Origin: Eledone cirrhosa | Taxonomy: Eukaryota | Length of the DNA: 64,000 nucleotides | Assembly: GCA_964016885.1 (NCBI GenBank) | Contig: OZ024744.1 | Span: 96,410,001 to 96,474,000, forward strand | Reading direction: 5' to 3' | In this document: positions 1 to 14,565 of the stretch, one piece after another | Numbering within the stretch: the first letter of the stretch is position 1 | Layout of the letters: every line of letters begins with the position of its first letter | Notes under the pieces: model-generated | Told to the model about the DNA's origin: nothing | Databases searched by the model: none | Seen by the model: only the letters and a program-made list of their open reading frames with translations | Program-made: the position numbers and the translations under genes

Positions 1-70
1 TCAACTTTGCCTTTCATCCTTTCGAAGTCAATAAAATAAAGTACGAGTCAAGTATTGAATCGTTTAGCTT

Positions 71-473
71 TACACACACACACGCGCACACATACGCACA
101 CACACATATACACACATACATGCACACATATATACACACACGCATACACACACATACATACACACACACGCATATATACACACACAAACATACACACATA
201 CACACATATATACACACACGCATACACACATACTTACACACGCATACACACACACACAAACATACACACACACATGCATACACATGCGAACACACACATA
301 CACGCATACACACACACACACATACACACACACACATGCATAAATATACACACACACATATACACATAACACACACACACACATACGCATACACACACAC
401 ACATACATAAATACACACACACACATATACACATACATACACACGCACGCATACACACACATACACACACGCG

Positions 474-506
<33 letters not shown>

Positions 507-810
507 GCACATACACACACGCCACACACACATACACACACGCCACACACGCATACACACACATATACACACACACACGCGCACACACACACACATACAC
601 ACACGCATACAGACACACACAAACACACACACACACACACACACATATGTACACACATGCATACACACACACATACACACATACATACGCACACACACAC
701 ATACATACACACGCATACCCACACACATACACACACATACATACACACACATGCACACGCATACACACACACACACAGATACACACATTCACACACACAC
801 ACACACACAC
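71..810. repeat. Degenerate (CA)n/(CATA)n microsatellite
   Basis: Direct sequence; the overlapping VCVC/HTHT ORFs are artefacts. Confidence 0.97.
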
Positions 811-901
811 TGCGTTGAATCAGTGGTGTCGTTGAAAAACGATCAGAACTACGTTTGTGATGTGAAGAACGAAGCCTGGTTTTGTTAATCAGGAATAGAT
901 G

Positions 902-1562
902 CCACCACTACTACAACTACCACCACTACTACTACTACTACCACTACTACAACTACCACCACTACTACTACTACCACCACTACTACAACTACCACCACTA
1001 CTACTACCACTACTACTACTACCACCACTACTACTACTACTACCACTACTACTACAACTACCACCACTACTACTACTACTACCACTACTACAACTACCAC
1101 CACTACTACTACTACCACCACTACTACAACTACCACCACTACTACTACTACCACCACTACTACAACTACCACCACTACTACTACCACTACTACTACTACC
1201 ACCACTACTACTACTACTACCACTACTACTACAACTACCACCACTACTACTACTACTACCACTACTACAACTACCACCACTACTACTACTACCACCACTA
1301 CTACAACTACCACCACTACTAGTACTACTACCACTACTACAACTACCACCACTACTACTACTACTACCATTACTACTACTACTACCACTACTACTACAAC
1401 CACCACCACCACCACTACTACTACTACTACTACCACCGCCACTACTTCAACTACCACTACTACTACTACAACCACCACTACTACAACTACCACCACTACT
1501 ACTACTACCACTACTACTACAACTACAACTACCACCACTACTACTACTACTACTACTATTAC

Positions 1563-1595
<33 letters not shown>

Positions 1596-1691
1596 AACTA
1601 CTACTACCACTACTACTACTACTACCACCACTACTACAACTACCACCACCACTACTACTACTACAACCACCACTACTACAACTATTACTAT

Positions 1692-1729
<38 letters not shown>

Positions 1730-1752
1730 TAACTACGACAACGACTACAACT
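902..1752. repeat. (CTA/CCA)n trinucleotide compound microsatellite
   Basis: Direct sequence. Confidence 0.97.
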
Positions 1753-2110
1753 GCTGGATCTGTGGTGGCGACGGCAGCAGCTGTTTAATTGCAAACCCAA
1801 GGCTGTAAAAACGTTCGCTAAGTGCAAACCACTACCTCCCTTCCCACGGATAACTGACGCTGTATACCAGGTCCGAATACGGAAGAGTCGCAGTCCTACT
1901 GTCATCGCCTTCATCTATCTCGCCCTTCCCTCATCTCTCTATATTATGAGCAAATGGGGTCCCCCGTGCTGGCCGCCCCACAGCCCCGGCGGACAGAATG
2001 GAGAAAGGAGAGGTCAATTAAATCGACTTTCCCTTCCCCCCTTCCTCCCACCGCCAAATAATTGCTGGTCTTGTGCTTAAATTAGAAACCGTAATTATAT
2101 TATCATTATA

Positions 2111-2292
2111 AATTGGCAGTATCGGTAGGGGGTCAGACATGCTTTCTAGCATAGTTACGTCCCTTTACGATCTGAGTTCAAATCCCGCCGAGGTTAACTT
2201 TACCTTTCATTCTTAGGAGGTCGATAAAAAATAAAGTACCAGTAATGTACTGGTGGATTCCTGGCCTTGTGTCAAAAGTAGAAACAATTATA
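2111..2292 (+). mobile_element. tRNA-derived SINE, dominant family with a Meta/MESC-like core
   Basis: A-box-like TGGCAGTATCGGTAG, B-box GAGTTCAAATCC, core ACTTT(G/A)CCTTTCATCC...GGGTCGATAAAA..AAAGTACCAG, tail GGCCTTGTG..AAAAGTAGAAAC. Confidence 0.85.
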
Positions 2293-2917
2293 ATTACAAT
2301 ATGCTAGCGTTGCAGAAATAACGTAATAAATATAATGTAATTAAAGGCTTCTGTCTATTACTGGTACCATGTAACCCAGTACAATCTGCTTCATTATCCA
2401 GTGGTCAGCAACTAAACCCCACCACCGGACCCTGGTCTGGTGAGGAGGGTAAATGGAACAACGACCCCGGCGGATAGAATGGAGAAGGCTGGGGGGGGGG
2501 GGGTCAATTAAATCACCCCTTCCTCCTACCACCAAATAATTGCTGGTCTTGTGCTTAAATCAGAAACCGTAATTATATTATCATTAAGAAATTAAATGAA
2601 AAAAAAAAAATTTCAAAAGTGCAACATAGGTGTCAATTAACGTAATCAAAATATATAAAGAAAAAAGAACAATAATTTCCATGAAGAGAGCTGAAAAAAT
2701 AACAAAAGACTAATAATGATGATTGACGTATGAGGATCATGTAAACAAACATTAATGAAGGACTGGCATGACAAACGTGAAATGAATTCGTGAGTAGATA
2801 TTTCCTCAAATGTACACTCTGAAGAAATATGGGTCGGGTCTAATAACAAATACAAATTTGGATGAGTGGAAATATTGCTGATACATGAGCAAATCCCTAC
2901 GGATATATATATATATA

Positions 2918-3079
2918 GGAACGAGTAGGACCCCGACGGCTGAGCTCAAGCCGTTTCGACGGCTAATTCTGGACTAGATTAGTCCAGAATTACTCGTTCC
3001 TATTACCCACTCTACTACCCTAAGCACTGAGTACTTTCGTGCGTTATGGTCCACCTGGTTCCTTACCACATTTCCTTCG

Positions 3080-3082
<3 letters not shown>
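2918..3082 (+). mobile_element. Penelope-derived fold-back cassette, family H (half-hammerhead GAAACGGCTTGAGCTCAGCCGTC)
   Basis: Flanked by (TA)n; same sequence recurs at 5812, 18882, 25346, 29421, 38944, 41034 and 45810. Confidence 0.7.
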
Positions 3083-3127
<45 letters not shown>

Positions 3128-3129
3128 GT

Positions 3130-3367
3130 GTGTATAATGGTAGCTATGGTGCTTCCATAGGCGGTATGCCAAAATTAGCACTCAATATTCATACAGAGCA
3201 GAGTGTGGATAGTATAAAAAAACGAAAAATCAGTGATGCATCTGGACTCGGTGTTACAATTGTTTCGCCGGCAGGTAGCTCGACACATGATCACTGCCGG
3301 CGAAACAATTGTAACACGCTATAAACTGAGTCCAGATGCATCACTGATTTTTCGTTTTTTTATACTA
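3130..3367 (-). mobile_element. Fold-back cassette: arms about 3210-3367 plus tail 3130-3209; same family as 10625-11030
   Basis: AAACGAAAAATCAGTGATGCATCTGGACTC is inverted at both ends; GAAACAATTGTA motif; (TA)n both sides. Confidence 0.7.
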
Positions 3368-3742
3368 TATATATATATATATATATATATATGCATTTGC
3401 AACAGATGCTTATAACATTCTGTAATCTCAATGCCCATGTAATATTGTGTAGTCAGCCTAATGCTTTTGAAATGTACATAGTGGATATGTAACACAAAGC
3501 GAAATTTGGAATGTGAAACTATCTCTTCATTTTTAATTAAATCTATATATACACACATTATTTTGATAAACAATTTAAAGAAACTTTTTCTAACATATCC
3601 CTCCACTAGCTCAGTGTTTTTTTCCTCTTCTTCCACTTCTTCTTCTCTCATTTCCATCCTTTGAAACACAAGAGCTGTACAATCAGTAACTTTGCTGCTG
3701 TCAGAACTGATGCCTTAAAACAAAGCATGTTTCTCTCTCTAC

Positions 3743-4362
3743 ATACATATATATGTGTGTATATATGTGTGTATATATATGTGTGTATGTGTGTATATGT
3801 GTATATGTATATATGTATATATATATATGTATATATATATATGTATGTATATATATGTGCCTATGTATATATATGTGTGTATATGTGTGTGTATATGTGT
3901 GTGTATATATGTATGTATATATATGTGTATGTATATGTGTATGTATATATGTGTGTATATATGTATGTATATATATGTGTGTATATGTGTGTATATATGT
4001 ATATATATGTGTATATATATATGTGTGTATATATGTATGTGTATATGTATATGTATATGTATGTGTATATATATGTATGTGTATATATATATATGTGTAT
4101 ATATATATATGTGTATATATATATATGTGTATATATATGTGTGTGTATATATATATATATATATGTGTATATATATATATATGTGTATATGTATATATAT
4201 ATATGTGTATATATATATATATATGTGTGTATATATATATATATATATGTGTATATATATATATATGTGTGTGTGTATATATATATATATATGTGTATAT
4301 ATATATATATATGTATATATATGTATGTGTATGTATATATATATATATGTGTATATGTATGT
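3743..4362. repeat. (TA/TG)n compound microsatellite
   Basis: Direct sequence. Confidence 0.95.
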
Positions 4363-4364
4363 CA

Positions 4365-4968
4365 GGTCACCAGTTGGTGTTACTGGTAACATGTATCCCA
4401 GTACAACCTGTCTCATGGTCGGGTCGTTGGCGACTAAACTGGCAACCCCACCAAGGTTTCTTGGTGAGGAGGGTGACTTTGGACATCCTGCAGGACTAAA
4501 AACAAAACCTGTCAAAGGGCAAAGGAGCTCTTAAGAGTCAATGGCCATCCAAAATCACCGGGAGAGATGACCCCTTAGCCTTTGTCAAGGCAGAATTCTA
4601 GGAGAAGGAAAACTCTGATATAACACCTGCAACCCTGATGGTATCCAATGATGTTGACTTGTTCTTCTTTTTGGTAAATATCATATTGGTTAAGAGAGTG
4701 GGACTGGCTTTGTGCAGTGCCTTTGCTCACTATAAAAGCTTCACGGCACAGGCATTGCTTTATATCTGGAGATCTCCCTGCACTTGTCGTCACATGATAC
4801 CATGGGCCCAGCACTATGTGTCAATAATTGTCACAAGTGTAGTGTTTGTACCAGAGTTTTCAAGTCGCTGGCTGGACTATAAAGTCACACTTGTTCAGCG
4901 CATTGGTAGGAGATCTCCTACATGGATATAAAGTAGTGGCCGTACTCGAAAACGAGTTGGCAGCCACC
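4365..4968. mobile_element. Non-coding interspersed repeat, unclassified
   Basis: Segments recur at 2358-2450, 7590-7765, 15625-15800, 30797-30962, 45308-45757 and 46033-46483. Confidence 0.65.
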
Positions 4969-5490
4969 ATATATATATATATATATATATATATGAAAAA
5001 CATGGGAAGAAAGAGAAATACTGCGTGGTTGCACATGGGTTACATATTATAAAATTAGTCCCTCATCAGTGATTTGCCAACCATCACTGGTATTTCATCG
5101 CATTAAAAATCAGATACCTCAGGTTGGTGCGAGCAATAACTAAAATAAGCTATTGGGACAAGTGAATCGCGTAAAGCGAGTGAGACAAGTAAACAACATA
5201 GAAGGAAAAGCAAACCGAAGGTAGGAAAACAGCAAGCAATCATGATGGTTATCCGGTCAGCATAACCTGGGTGAATTTCATGAGCGGTCAGAAAACAGAC
5301 CGTCCGCCGTGAATGAGGTGTGAGAAAGAAGGAACCCCACTACTAACGAACGGGAGGAAGTGAGAAGGGGAGAAACAGAGAGTGAGTGAGTGGAAGTGCG
5401 AGGAAGAGGTCAGTCGAGAGAAAGTGTAACTGACAGAGGGGGCGAAAGAAGGTGAGAGAAACAGAGAGAAAGATATATATATATATATAT

Positions 5491-5729
5491 ATTAAAATAA
5501 CAGATTAAAGTTTAAGCAAAGAATCGCTGCTTTCATCCTTAACGGGATCTTCTGAGATTGATATATTTAGTTTCAGAAGATCCCGTTAAGGGTGAAAGCA
5601 GCGATTCTTTGCTTAAACTTTAATCTGTTATTTTAATAAATATTTGCTCTACGGTTCTTATATATTTTATATATATTTATCCTTATCGAGCCCTCTTTGG
5701 ATTTTAGTCTTCAAATTTATTATTATTAC

Positions 5730-5732
<3 letters not shown>
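5491..5732 (+). mobile_element. Fold-back cassette: arms 5491-5638 plus about 95-nt tail
   Basis: About 75-bp inverted arms; hammerhead-like CAGAAGA-TCCC..GGGT-GAAA with a non-canonical core; microsatellite flanks. Confidence 0.65.
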
Positions 5733-5813
<81 letters not shown>

Positions 5814-5913
5814 ACGAAGGAAATGTGGTTAGGAACCAAGTGGACCATAACGCACCAAAGTACTCAATACTTAGTGTAGTAGAGTGGGTAATAGGAACGA
5901 GTAGGACCCCCGT

Positions 5914-6008
<95 letters not shown>

Positions 6009-6174
6009 TGGTTGATAGCTTCTTAACCGCCGTCTCAGTTTATATGGCCTTTATAACCTATGTTTATTGGTCTCTGCCTCTGTTGGTCCACTGAGCGCTT
6101 GCCAGCACACCTCGGATATTGCGTTTCGCTTATTTCTACCCGCCGTAATAGGATCCTCGCTGAATTTATATTTA

Positions 6175-6380
6175 TATAATTGTTTCTACTTTTTGGCACA
6201 AGGCCAGCAAATACCCCCAGTGCATTACTGGTACTTTATTTTATCGACCCCCGTAAGGATGAAAGGCAAAGTTAATCTCGGCGGGATTCGAACTCATAAT
6301 TCGAACTCAGAATGGCAAGGGCCGTAACTCTATGCTTCAAAGCATAGCGTCCGACCGTCTACCGATACTGCCAATCCACC
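6175..6380 (-). mobile_element. tRNA-derived SINE (dominant family)
   Basis: Reverse complement of the family consensus. Confidence 0.85.
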
Positions 6381-6399
6381 TTTTATATTTATATAATAT

Positions 6400-6541
6400 A
6401 TAGAGATAGATACATAGACAGACACACAGACAGACAGATAGACAGATGGATAAACAGATAGACAGACAGACAGACAGACAGACAAAATGACAGAGAGACA
6501 GACAGACAGACAGATAGACAGATAGACAGACGGGTAAACAT

Positions 6542-6574
<33 letters not shown>

Positions 6575-6849
6575 ATGACAGAGAGACAGACAGACAGATA
6601 GACAGATAGACAGACGGGTAAACATATAGACAGACAGACAGACAAAATGACAGAGAGACAGACAGACACGCAGATAGACAGACATATAGACAGACAGACA
6701 GACAGACAGACAAATGGATAAACAGACAGATTGACAGACAGACAGATAGACAGACAGATAAACAGATAGACCGATCGACAGACAGACAGACTGACAGAAA
6801 GCTAGACGGACAGACGGATAAACAGATAGACAAACACACAGACAGACAG

Positions 6850-6935
<86 letters not shown>

Positions 6936-6960
6936 GGATAAACAGACAGATAGACAAACA
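6400..6960. repeat. (GACA/GATA)n with higher-order units, followed by (GA)n
   Basis: Direct sequence. Confidence 0.95.
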
Positions 6961-6972
6961 TTTAGATATAAA

Positions 6973-7150
6973 TTGTTCGGCTGGAAAATTCATAGACTGA
7001 CTATGAAGGAGTGATGCTAGAGCTGTGAAATCTTGCATGCATTAATTTCAACTCTTCTTATTATAAATAACTCATTGTTTCTTTCTAGGAACCATGTTGA
7101 AAAATAAACCTCTTTTGGTCAACCTACGAACTTTTTAATTGACTCTCATA
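6973..7150. mobile_element. Degenerate mariner-type MITE
   Basis: Paralogous to 19236-19458; TIR remnants GAAAATTCATAGACTGAC and GTCAACCTACGAACTTT. Confidence 0.55.
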
Positions 7151-7169
7151 TACACATACACACACATAC

Positions 7170-7770
7170 ATGATGGCTGCCCCCTCGTTATCGAGTATGG
7201 CTATTGCACGATATACCATTATTAATAATTATTAATTAATTCTATCGTGCAATGCCTGTGCGTGAAGATATTTTTTAAAGTGAGGAAACACTGTGCACCG
7301 AGCCAATCCCACTCTCTGAGCGACAGTAGCTATAACCCCCAAAGAAGAAAAGATCAACATCATCGGTAACTACTGAGCCGCAGGTTTTATGTCGGAGTTA
7401 TCCCAGTTTCCTGAGTTGCCTTCTCCTAGAAGAATTCTCTGAGAAAGGCTAGGGGTCCTTCACTCCTAGTGCTTTAACTGCAGGATCTGGTGTCCAGCCC
7501 GACTATTTCTATGTCCCCGCGCATATACATACACATGCACCCATACATATACACACACATGTACATGTGTATGTACATATTTACACACTTTTGGATGGAC
7601 GTTGACCCTTATGAGTTCTTCCGCCCTTTGTCAGGGTTTGTTTTTTGTCCTGCAGGGTGTTAAAAATCCCCCTCCTCACCAATAAAACTTAGTGGGGTTG
7701 CTGGTTTAGTCGCCGACGATCCGACCATGCGACAGGTTGTACTGGGTTACATGTTACCAGTAGCATTCAA
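7170..7770 (+). mobile_element. Composite interspersed repeat; inverted paralog at 15620-16190
   Basis: Colinear reverse-complement similarity over about 600 bp. Confidence 0.7.
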
Positions 7771-7783
7771 ACATACATACATG

Positions 7784-7917
<134 letters not shown>

Positions 7918-8450
7918 CATGCACATATACATACATATATACATATATATACATATATATATATATACATACATATATATATACATACATATATAAATAA
8001 ATATATATATATACATACATATACACATAAATATATACATAGATATATACATAAATATATACATACATACATACATAAATATATATACATATATACATAA
8101 ATACATACATACATTCATACACACGCACACGCACACACACATATATACACAGACAAAAAGTTAGCACTGAATAGATGAATACTTAGATTATCCAGAAAGA
8201 CAGTCCAAACAGATATACATAGATAGCTATATAATCAAACAGACATATTAATAACTTTCTTTCTCTTACGTCATAACAAATTCAGCCAATCATGTATCTT
8301 TCTCGCACATACCGACATTTTCCAAGATGGCGACAATGATAATTTAGAGGTAAACGGTGGAAAATGAAAATGTTGCTTTTGCTTGTAAAGTGTTTGCTCA
8401 GATTTGTATAAGGTTTGGGTTTATTTCGCATACCACTCCGCATGCATGCG

Positions 8451-8605
8451 CTGCAGGAAACCAAGATAAAGGAACGCAGACATACACACATACACACACT
8501 CAGAAAAAGAAACACACACACACATATACACACAGACACACACATCTATATATATATATATATATATATATTGCAGGAAACCAAGATAAACGAACGCACA
8601 CGCAT

Positions 8606-8699
<94 letters not shown>

Positions 8700-8753
8700 C
8701 TATATATATATATATTGCAGGAAACCAAGATAAAAGAACACACACGCATGCAA

Positions 8754-8785
<32 letters not shown>

Positions 8786-8834
8786 TGCAGGAAACCAAGA
8801 TAAACGAACGCACACGCATGCACACACACACACA

Positions 8835-8897
<63 letters not shown>

Positions 8898-8949
8898 CTA
8901 TATATATATATATATTGCAGGAAACCAAGATAAAAGAACACACACGCAT

Positions 8950-9001
<52 letters not shown>

Positions 9002-9056
9002 TGCAGGAAACCAAGATAAACGAACGCACACGCATGCACACACACACACACACACA

Positions 9057-9123
<67 letters not shown>

Positions 9124-9195
9124 CTATATATATATATATATATTGCAGGAAACCAAGATAAAAGAACACACACGCATGCAAACACACACACACAT

Positions 9196-9235
<40 letters not shown>

Positions 9236-9382
9236 TGCAGGAAACCAAGATAAACGAACGCACACGCATGCACACACACACACACAGACACACACACACA
9301 CACACATCTATATATATATATATATATTGCAGGAAACCAAGATAAACGAACGCACACGCATGCACACACACACACACACACA

Positions 9383-9437
<55 letters not shown>

Positions 9438-9505
9438 CTATATATATATATATTGCAGGAAACCAAGATAAAAGAACACACACGCATGCAAACACACACA
9501 CACAT

Positions 9506-9549
<44 letters not shown>

Positions 9550-9692
9550 TGCAGGAAACCAAGATAAACGAACGCACACGCATGCACACACACACACACA
9601 GACACACACACACACACACATCTATATATATATATATTGCAGGAAACCAAGATAAACGAACGCACACGCATGCACACACACACACACACACA

Positions 9693-9733
<41 letters not shown>

Positions 9734-9799
9734 CTATATATATATATATTGCAGGAAACCAAGATAAAAGAACACACACGCATGCAAACACACACACAC

Positions 9800-9851
<52 letters not shown>

Positions 9852-9883
9852 CAGGAAACCAAGATAAACGAACGCACACGCAT

Positions 9884-9955
<72 letters not shown>

Positions 9956-10023
9956 CTATATATATATATATTGCAGGAAACCAAGATAAAAGAACACACA
10001 CGCATGCAAACACACACACACAT

Positions 10024-10061
<38 letters not shown>

Positions 10062-10113
10062 TGCAGGAAACCAAGATAAAAGAACACACACGCATGCAAA
10101 CACACACACACAT

Positions 10114-10161
<48 letters not shown>

Positions 10162-10199
10162 TGCAGGAAACCAAGATAAAAGAACACACACGCATGCAA

Positions 10200-10250
<51 letters not shown>
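8451..10250 (+). repeat. Compound satellite of 17 units: TTGCAGGAAACCAAGATAAA(CGAACG|AGAACA)CACACGCATGCA + (CA)n + (TA)n
   Basis: Unit starts at 8451, 8571, 8715, 8785, 8915, 9001, 9143, 9235, 9327, 9453, 9549, 9637, 9749, 9849, 9971, 10061 and 10161. Confidence 0.95.
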
Positions 10251-10253
<3 letters not shown>

Positions 10254-10501
10254 TGACAGACCTTTGAAATAACAACATCGAAAGTATGTCTCCCTCCATA
10301 TCAATATGTTAATCTACCTTTGAAATGGATTACACGATTAAAGTATTACCAACAAGACTATCTGAAGATGCCGGCCGTGTTAAGGATTACGTCATTGCAT
10401 CATGGCGTAACGAGGGCACCAATGAAATGTATATTGCGGCGTTGATTGGGCAATAAAAGTAGTTATGGAAATCTATCTAGATAGACTTAGTATTTTATTA
10501 T

Positions 10502-10554
<53 letters not shown>

Positions 10555-10624
10555 AATATAAATTACCGAGAATCGTATTTCGGCTATTGGAAATTAGCGA
10601 GAAAATCTTCCGAGATGTGTGGCA

Positions 10625-11024
10625 ATATAATATAAAAAAACGAAAAATCAGTGATGCATCTGAACTCAATTTATTGTGTGTTACAATTGTTTCGCCAGCG
10701 GACAGCTCGAGACACGATCATTGTGTGGATCTGTTTGATTCTGGATCTGCAAGTTCGACGGACACGTCAAATTATTTCGGAGCAAATTCTCACACTTATT
10801 TGCTCCGAAATAATTTGACGTGTCCGTCGAACTTGCAGATCCAGAATCAAACAGATCCACACAATGATCGTGTCTCGAGCTGTCCGCTTGCGAAACAATT
10901 GTAACACAATAAATTGAGTTCAGATGCATCACTGATTTTTCGTTTTATATTATATCACTCTCTGATGAATAAAAACATAGAGTCCTCAAGCAGCATACCG
11001 CCTACGGAAGCATAGCTACCATCA

Positions 11025-11030
<6 letters not shown>
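10625..11030 (+). mobile_element. Fold-back cassette: near-perfect palindrome 10625-10954 plus about 75-nt tail
   Basis: About 160-bp inverted arms centred near 10790; GAAACAATTGTA motif; tail ends in (TA)n. Confidence 0.8.
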
Positions 11031-11067
<37 letters not shown>

Positions 11068-11337
11068 TTCACGAATTCACCAAGCTTAAGCTTAATAGAT
11101 ATCATGTACTTGTTTCTTTCTATCTTTTCGTTGCAATACCATCTTTGTTTGTTTACATGTCTCGCTCGCTTCACGCTACATTACTTGTCACAATAGCTTT
11201 ATTTAGCTATTGCTCGCACTAACTAGAGGTATATGATTTTTAAAGCGATGAAATACCAATGAAGGTTGGAAAATCACTGATGAAGGACTAATTTTATTCA
11301 TATATAACCCATGTGCAACCACGTCGCACTCCATTCT

Positions 11338-11377
<40 letters not shown>

Positions 11378-11417
11378 GATATTAAATAAATGGAAACTAT
11401 ATTTATAAAATCATATT

Positions 11418-11483
11418 TATTTCATTATATATATTTCAGCGATATCATATTAACAATATGCTATGCCTTCCTCAGACAAAATA
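11418..11483 (-). ncRNA. Minimal type-I hammerhead ribozyme (mirror copy)
   Basis: Reverse complement of 11635-11700 with one stem II change. Confidence 0.7.
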
Positions 11484-11634
11484 CAATATAGACAGTTTTA
11501 TAGATAAATAGATTTGACATACCGTACAACATCGACTTGTATTTGAAAAGTTGAACTGCCAATTCAACTTTTCAAATACAAGTCGATGTTGTACGGTATG
11601 TCAAATCTATTTATCTATAAAACTGTCTATATTG

Positions 11635-11700
11635 TATTTTGTCTGAGGAAGGCATAGCATATTGTTAATATGATATCCCTGAAATATATATAATGAAATA
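11635..11700 (+). ncRNA. Minimal type-I hammerhead ribozyme
   Basis: Stem I TATTTTGT/ATGAAATA; CTGAGGA at 11643; stem II AGG..CATATT-GTT-AATATG..CCT; GAAA at 11681; palindromic stem III; predicted cleavage after AUA at 11692. Confidence 0.8.
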
Positions 11701-11827
11701 AATATGATTTTATAAATATAGTTTCCATTTATTTAATATCGTAAATATACTCCAAATACTTGTCGAGTGCTTTTATATCAGTTATAAATATTTACTAGTT
11801 GTAACCCAACAATTTAAATATAACTTT

Positions 11828-11874
<47 letters not shown>

Positions 11875-12382
11875 AAAGAATAGAGGTGTAACACACAAGT
11901 TATTATATATTGGTAAACGGAATAGAAAATGCTGACAAATTGTTCACAGTTGAAAAATGGTTTAATTAGGAATAAAAGAGTATTAGTGATTGTATGGGTT
12001 AGTATTCAGTTGTGGTTTTAAGTTTTTAAGTTTTTACCGGTTGCGCATTTCTAAATGCTTTTCAAAAATAATTTTGAGATAGAGTGTCCGTGCTGTTTGC
12101 TCTGATCTGATTAGTTTTGGGAATTCTACCTGTTTTTATGTTAAAAAAGTGGCTCCAGCGTTATTTTTGTGTTGCAAAAATGCTTGTGGTCAAAACAATT
12201 TTGATTGGTCGGTAGAGGTCATGTGAATGTAAAAAGTTGATTTTGCGCCAAGACTGTTTTTATGTTAAAAAAGTGGCTCCAGCAAAAATTCTTGGTCAAA
12301 ACAATTTTGATTGGTCGGTAGAGGTCATGTGGATAAAAAATTGGTTTTGCGCCAAGATTGAGAAATGACTCTTTCACAACAA

Positions 12383-12460
<78 letters not shown>

Positions 12461-12595
12461 TAGTAGTAGTAAGGTGTTCGATGCTGCGACAATGGCCAGC
12501 AGCGATGTGTGTCAAATGGCTATTAAGATAAGTGTGGGTAGAGATGTGTGCTGATGTAGGTATGTATGTTGACGTGTGTATGTTGTGGGTTCGTC

Positions 12596-13135
12596 TTAGG
12601 GAGAAGTGTTTAGACGGGGTCCGTATTTGTTAATGAAGTAAGATTCCTTGCTGATGCGCTGGGTGTGGGTGGCATTATCTTTAAATTTGTAGAGGGGAAA
12701 GATTCTGAAGTTGGGATGATTTTGGGCGGCACAGGTATCAATGTGTTCACTCAGTGGTATTTTCCTGTATTCCCGTATTTTAATTTGGGATCTATGGACA
12801 GTCATGCGTTGGCGGAGGCTGTTTTTGGTCTGGCCTATGTATTGTTCTCGACAACCTGAACAAGTTAATACATATATTAGATTTTCCGATGCACATGTGA
12901 AATTGTGTTTTACTATAAAACGTTGTCCATCTTTGAAATAGAATTCCGAACCCTCTATTAGGTTGATGCAAATGCCACAGTTGGGTCTATCGCATTTTTT
13001 TACTGTGGGTTTCGTTGTTGTGGTTGGCAGTACTTTGGCATGTGTTAAGATGTTTTTCATAGACTTGGATTGTCTTTTGCTCTTTATGATATTGTGTGTT
13101 CGTAGAATTTGGTTCATTCTATGGTCCTTTTTCAA
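12596..13135 (-). pseudogene. Penelope GIY-YIG endonuclease domain with CxxxxCxxC linker
   Basis: CDRPNCGIC; LIYVLTCSGCREQYIGQT; LRQRMTVHR; KESYFI..LN. Confidence 0.9.
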
Positions 13136-13473
13136 TACAGGGATGTTCTGGAGGATGGTGTCAAAGGCCTCATTGTTGAGGGGGTTGTGTGTGGAGATGT
13201 ATGGAAGAGCTTTTAGTTTTGGTTGATTTACTTTAGGGTGTCTAAGGTCCTGGGTACTGAGTTTTAGGGCACGTTGGATTCCATTGTCAATTAGTGATGC
13301 AGGGTAGTCCCTGCCTATGAGTGTGTCCTTTAGTTCTTGTAACCGTAAGTAGCAGATGTTTTTATTGGAGACTATAGTACAGATTCTCTTGGCTAAGTTG
13401 TAGGGAATATTAATTTACCGTGTCTAGGGTGGCAAGAGTTGAAGGGGAGATATTGCTTGGAGTCTGTGGGCTT

Positions 13474-14565
13474 CTAGTATATGTCTGTTTCTATTTTTTT
13501 GTTATGGATCTTAATGAGGATGTCGAGGAAGGGGAGTTGTTGATGGCTGTATTCCATCGTGAAGTTAATATTTGTGTTGAGCCCATTTATAAGGGTGTGG
13601 AATTCTTTAAGTTTTTTTATGTTTTCGTGCCAAAGGATGAAGCAGTCATCTAGATATCGCTTCCAGTTCCTTTCAATGTGTAAGTGGAGGGTGTTGCCAA
13701 ATTTGTTTAGGACTTTAGTGTAGAGGGTGATTTCCAGGTATCCCATGACTAGGTTGGCATAAGTAGGGACTGTTTTCGTTCCCATAGCGGTCCCAGATTT
13801 CTGCCTGTAGGGTTTGTTATTGAAAACGAAGTAATTGTTCTCCAAGATAAATTTGAGTCCCTCTATCACGAATTCTTTTTTGATGCGTTGTGGGAGTTCA
13901 TTGTGGAAATTATCCAGCCAGAATTGGATAGCTTCTCTTCCTAGGTTGTGGGGGATGTTGGAGTATAGGTTGACTACATCGAACGTCACTAGTAGGGTTT
14001 GTTCAGAAAGTGGCATATTAGGGAGGTGATTGAGCATATCTAGGTCGTCCCTTATATAGCTTTTGATGTGCTTGAGGAAGGGTTTGAGAAGGGTATCAAT
14101 GAAGTTGCTAAGACGGTGCGTTTCGCAAGCGGGGCCTGCTATTATAGGTCTTAATTTGAGATCATTGGGTGAGGGGACATTGATGACTATGTCTGTGGCT
14201 TCCTTGCATGCCTTACTGATTGATTCGCTTTTATGTACTTTAGGGATACCGTAGAAAAGGCTGGATTTACTTGTGAAGTCTGTGATGAAGCTGAATTCCT
14301 TGTTAGTGAGTCCTTCTTTGTATTGGTTGATTAGAGTTTTTAGGTTTCTCATAATTTTCTGTTGATTGTAGTGTTCAGCCTTTTCGTAGTATGTTTCGTT
14401 TTCCAAAGTGGAGAGCGCTAAGTTGATATAGAATTCTGTCTCCATTAGGACTACTGTACTCCCTTTATCAGCCTCTTTAATTGTAATGGTTCTGTCGGTT
14501 TTTAATCTATTTAATTCTTCCCATTCTTTCTTGTTGAGGTTTGGCTTGTGTTTTTGTCTGTGCAA
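13474..14565 (-). pseudogene. Penelope reverse transcriptase; junction to the endonuclease is disrupted
   Basis: ADKG, FYGIPKVHK, LRPII, FDVVNLYSNI, GTAMG, RYLDD and LPFLD motifs. Confidence 0.93.

Larger units (their letters stand above)
11376..11830 (+). mobile_element. Fold-back cassette, family T: palindrome 11376-11743 plus about 88-nt tail
   Basis: About 180-bp inverted arms, each with a hammerhead; (TA)n both sides. Confidence 0.85.

Noticed and set aside
3255-3295. GUGAUCA as a G3-C8 swapped hammerhead core on the minus strand
   Set aside because: No stem II closes between it and GAAAC, and the paralog at 10860 does not conserve it.
14-4534. Long low-complexity ORFs ([12 protein letters not shown], poly-V, poly-L), also at 6330-10304, 15146-15615, 38905-39820 and 42177-43082
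   Set aside because: They are translations of stop-free microsatellites.
8451-10250. CRISPR-like repeat-spacer appearance
   Set aside because: Spacers are only (CA)n(TA)n, there are no cas genes and the context is eukaryotic; this is a satellite.
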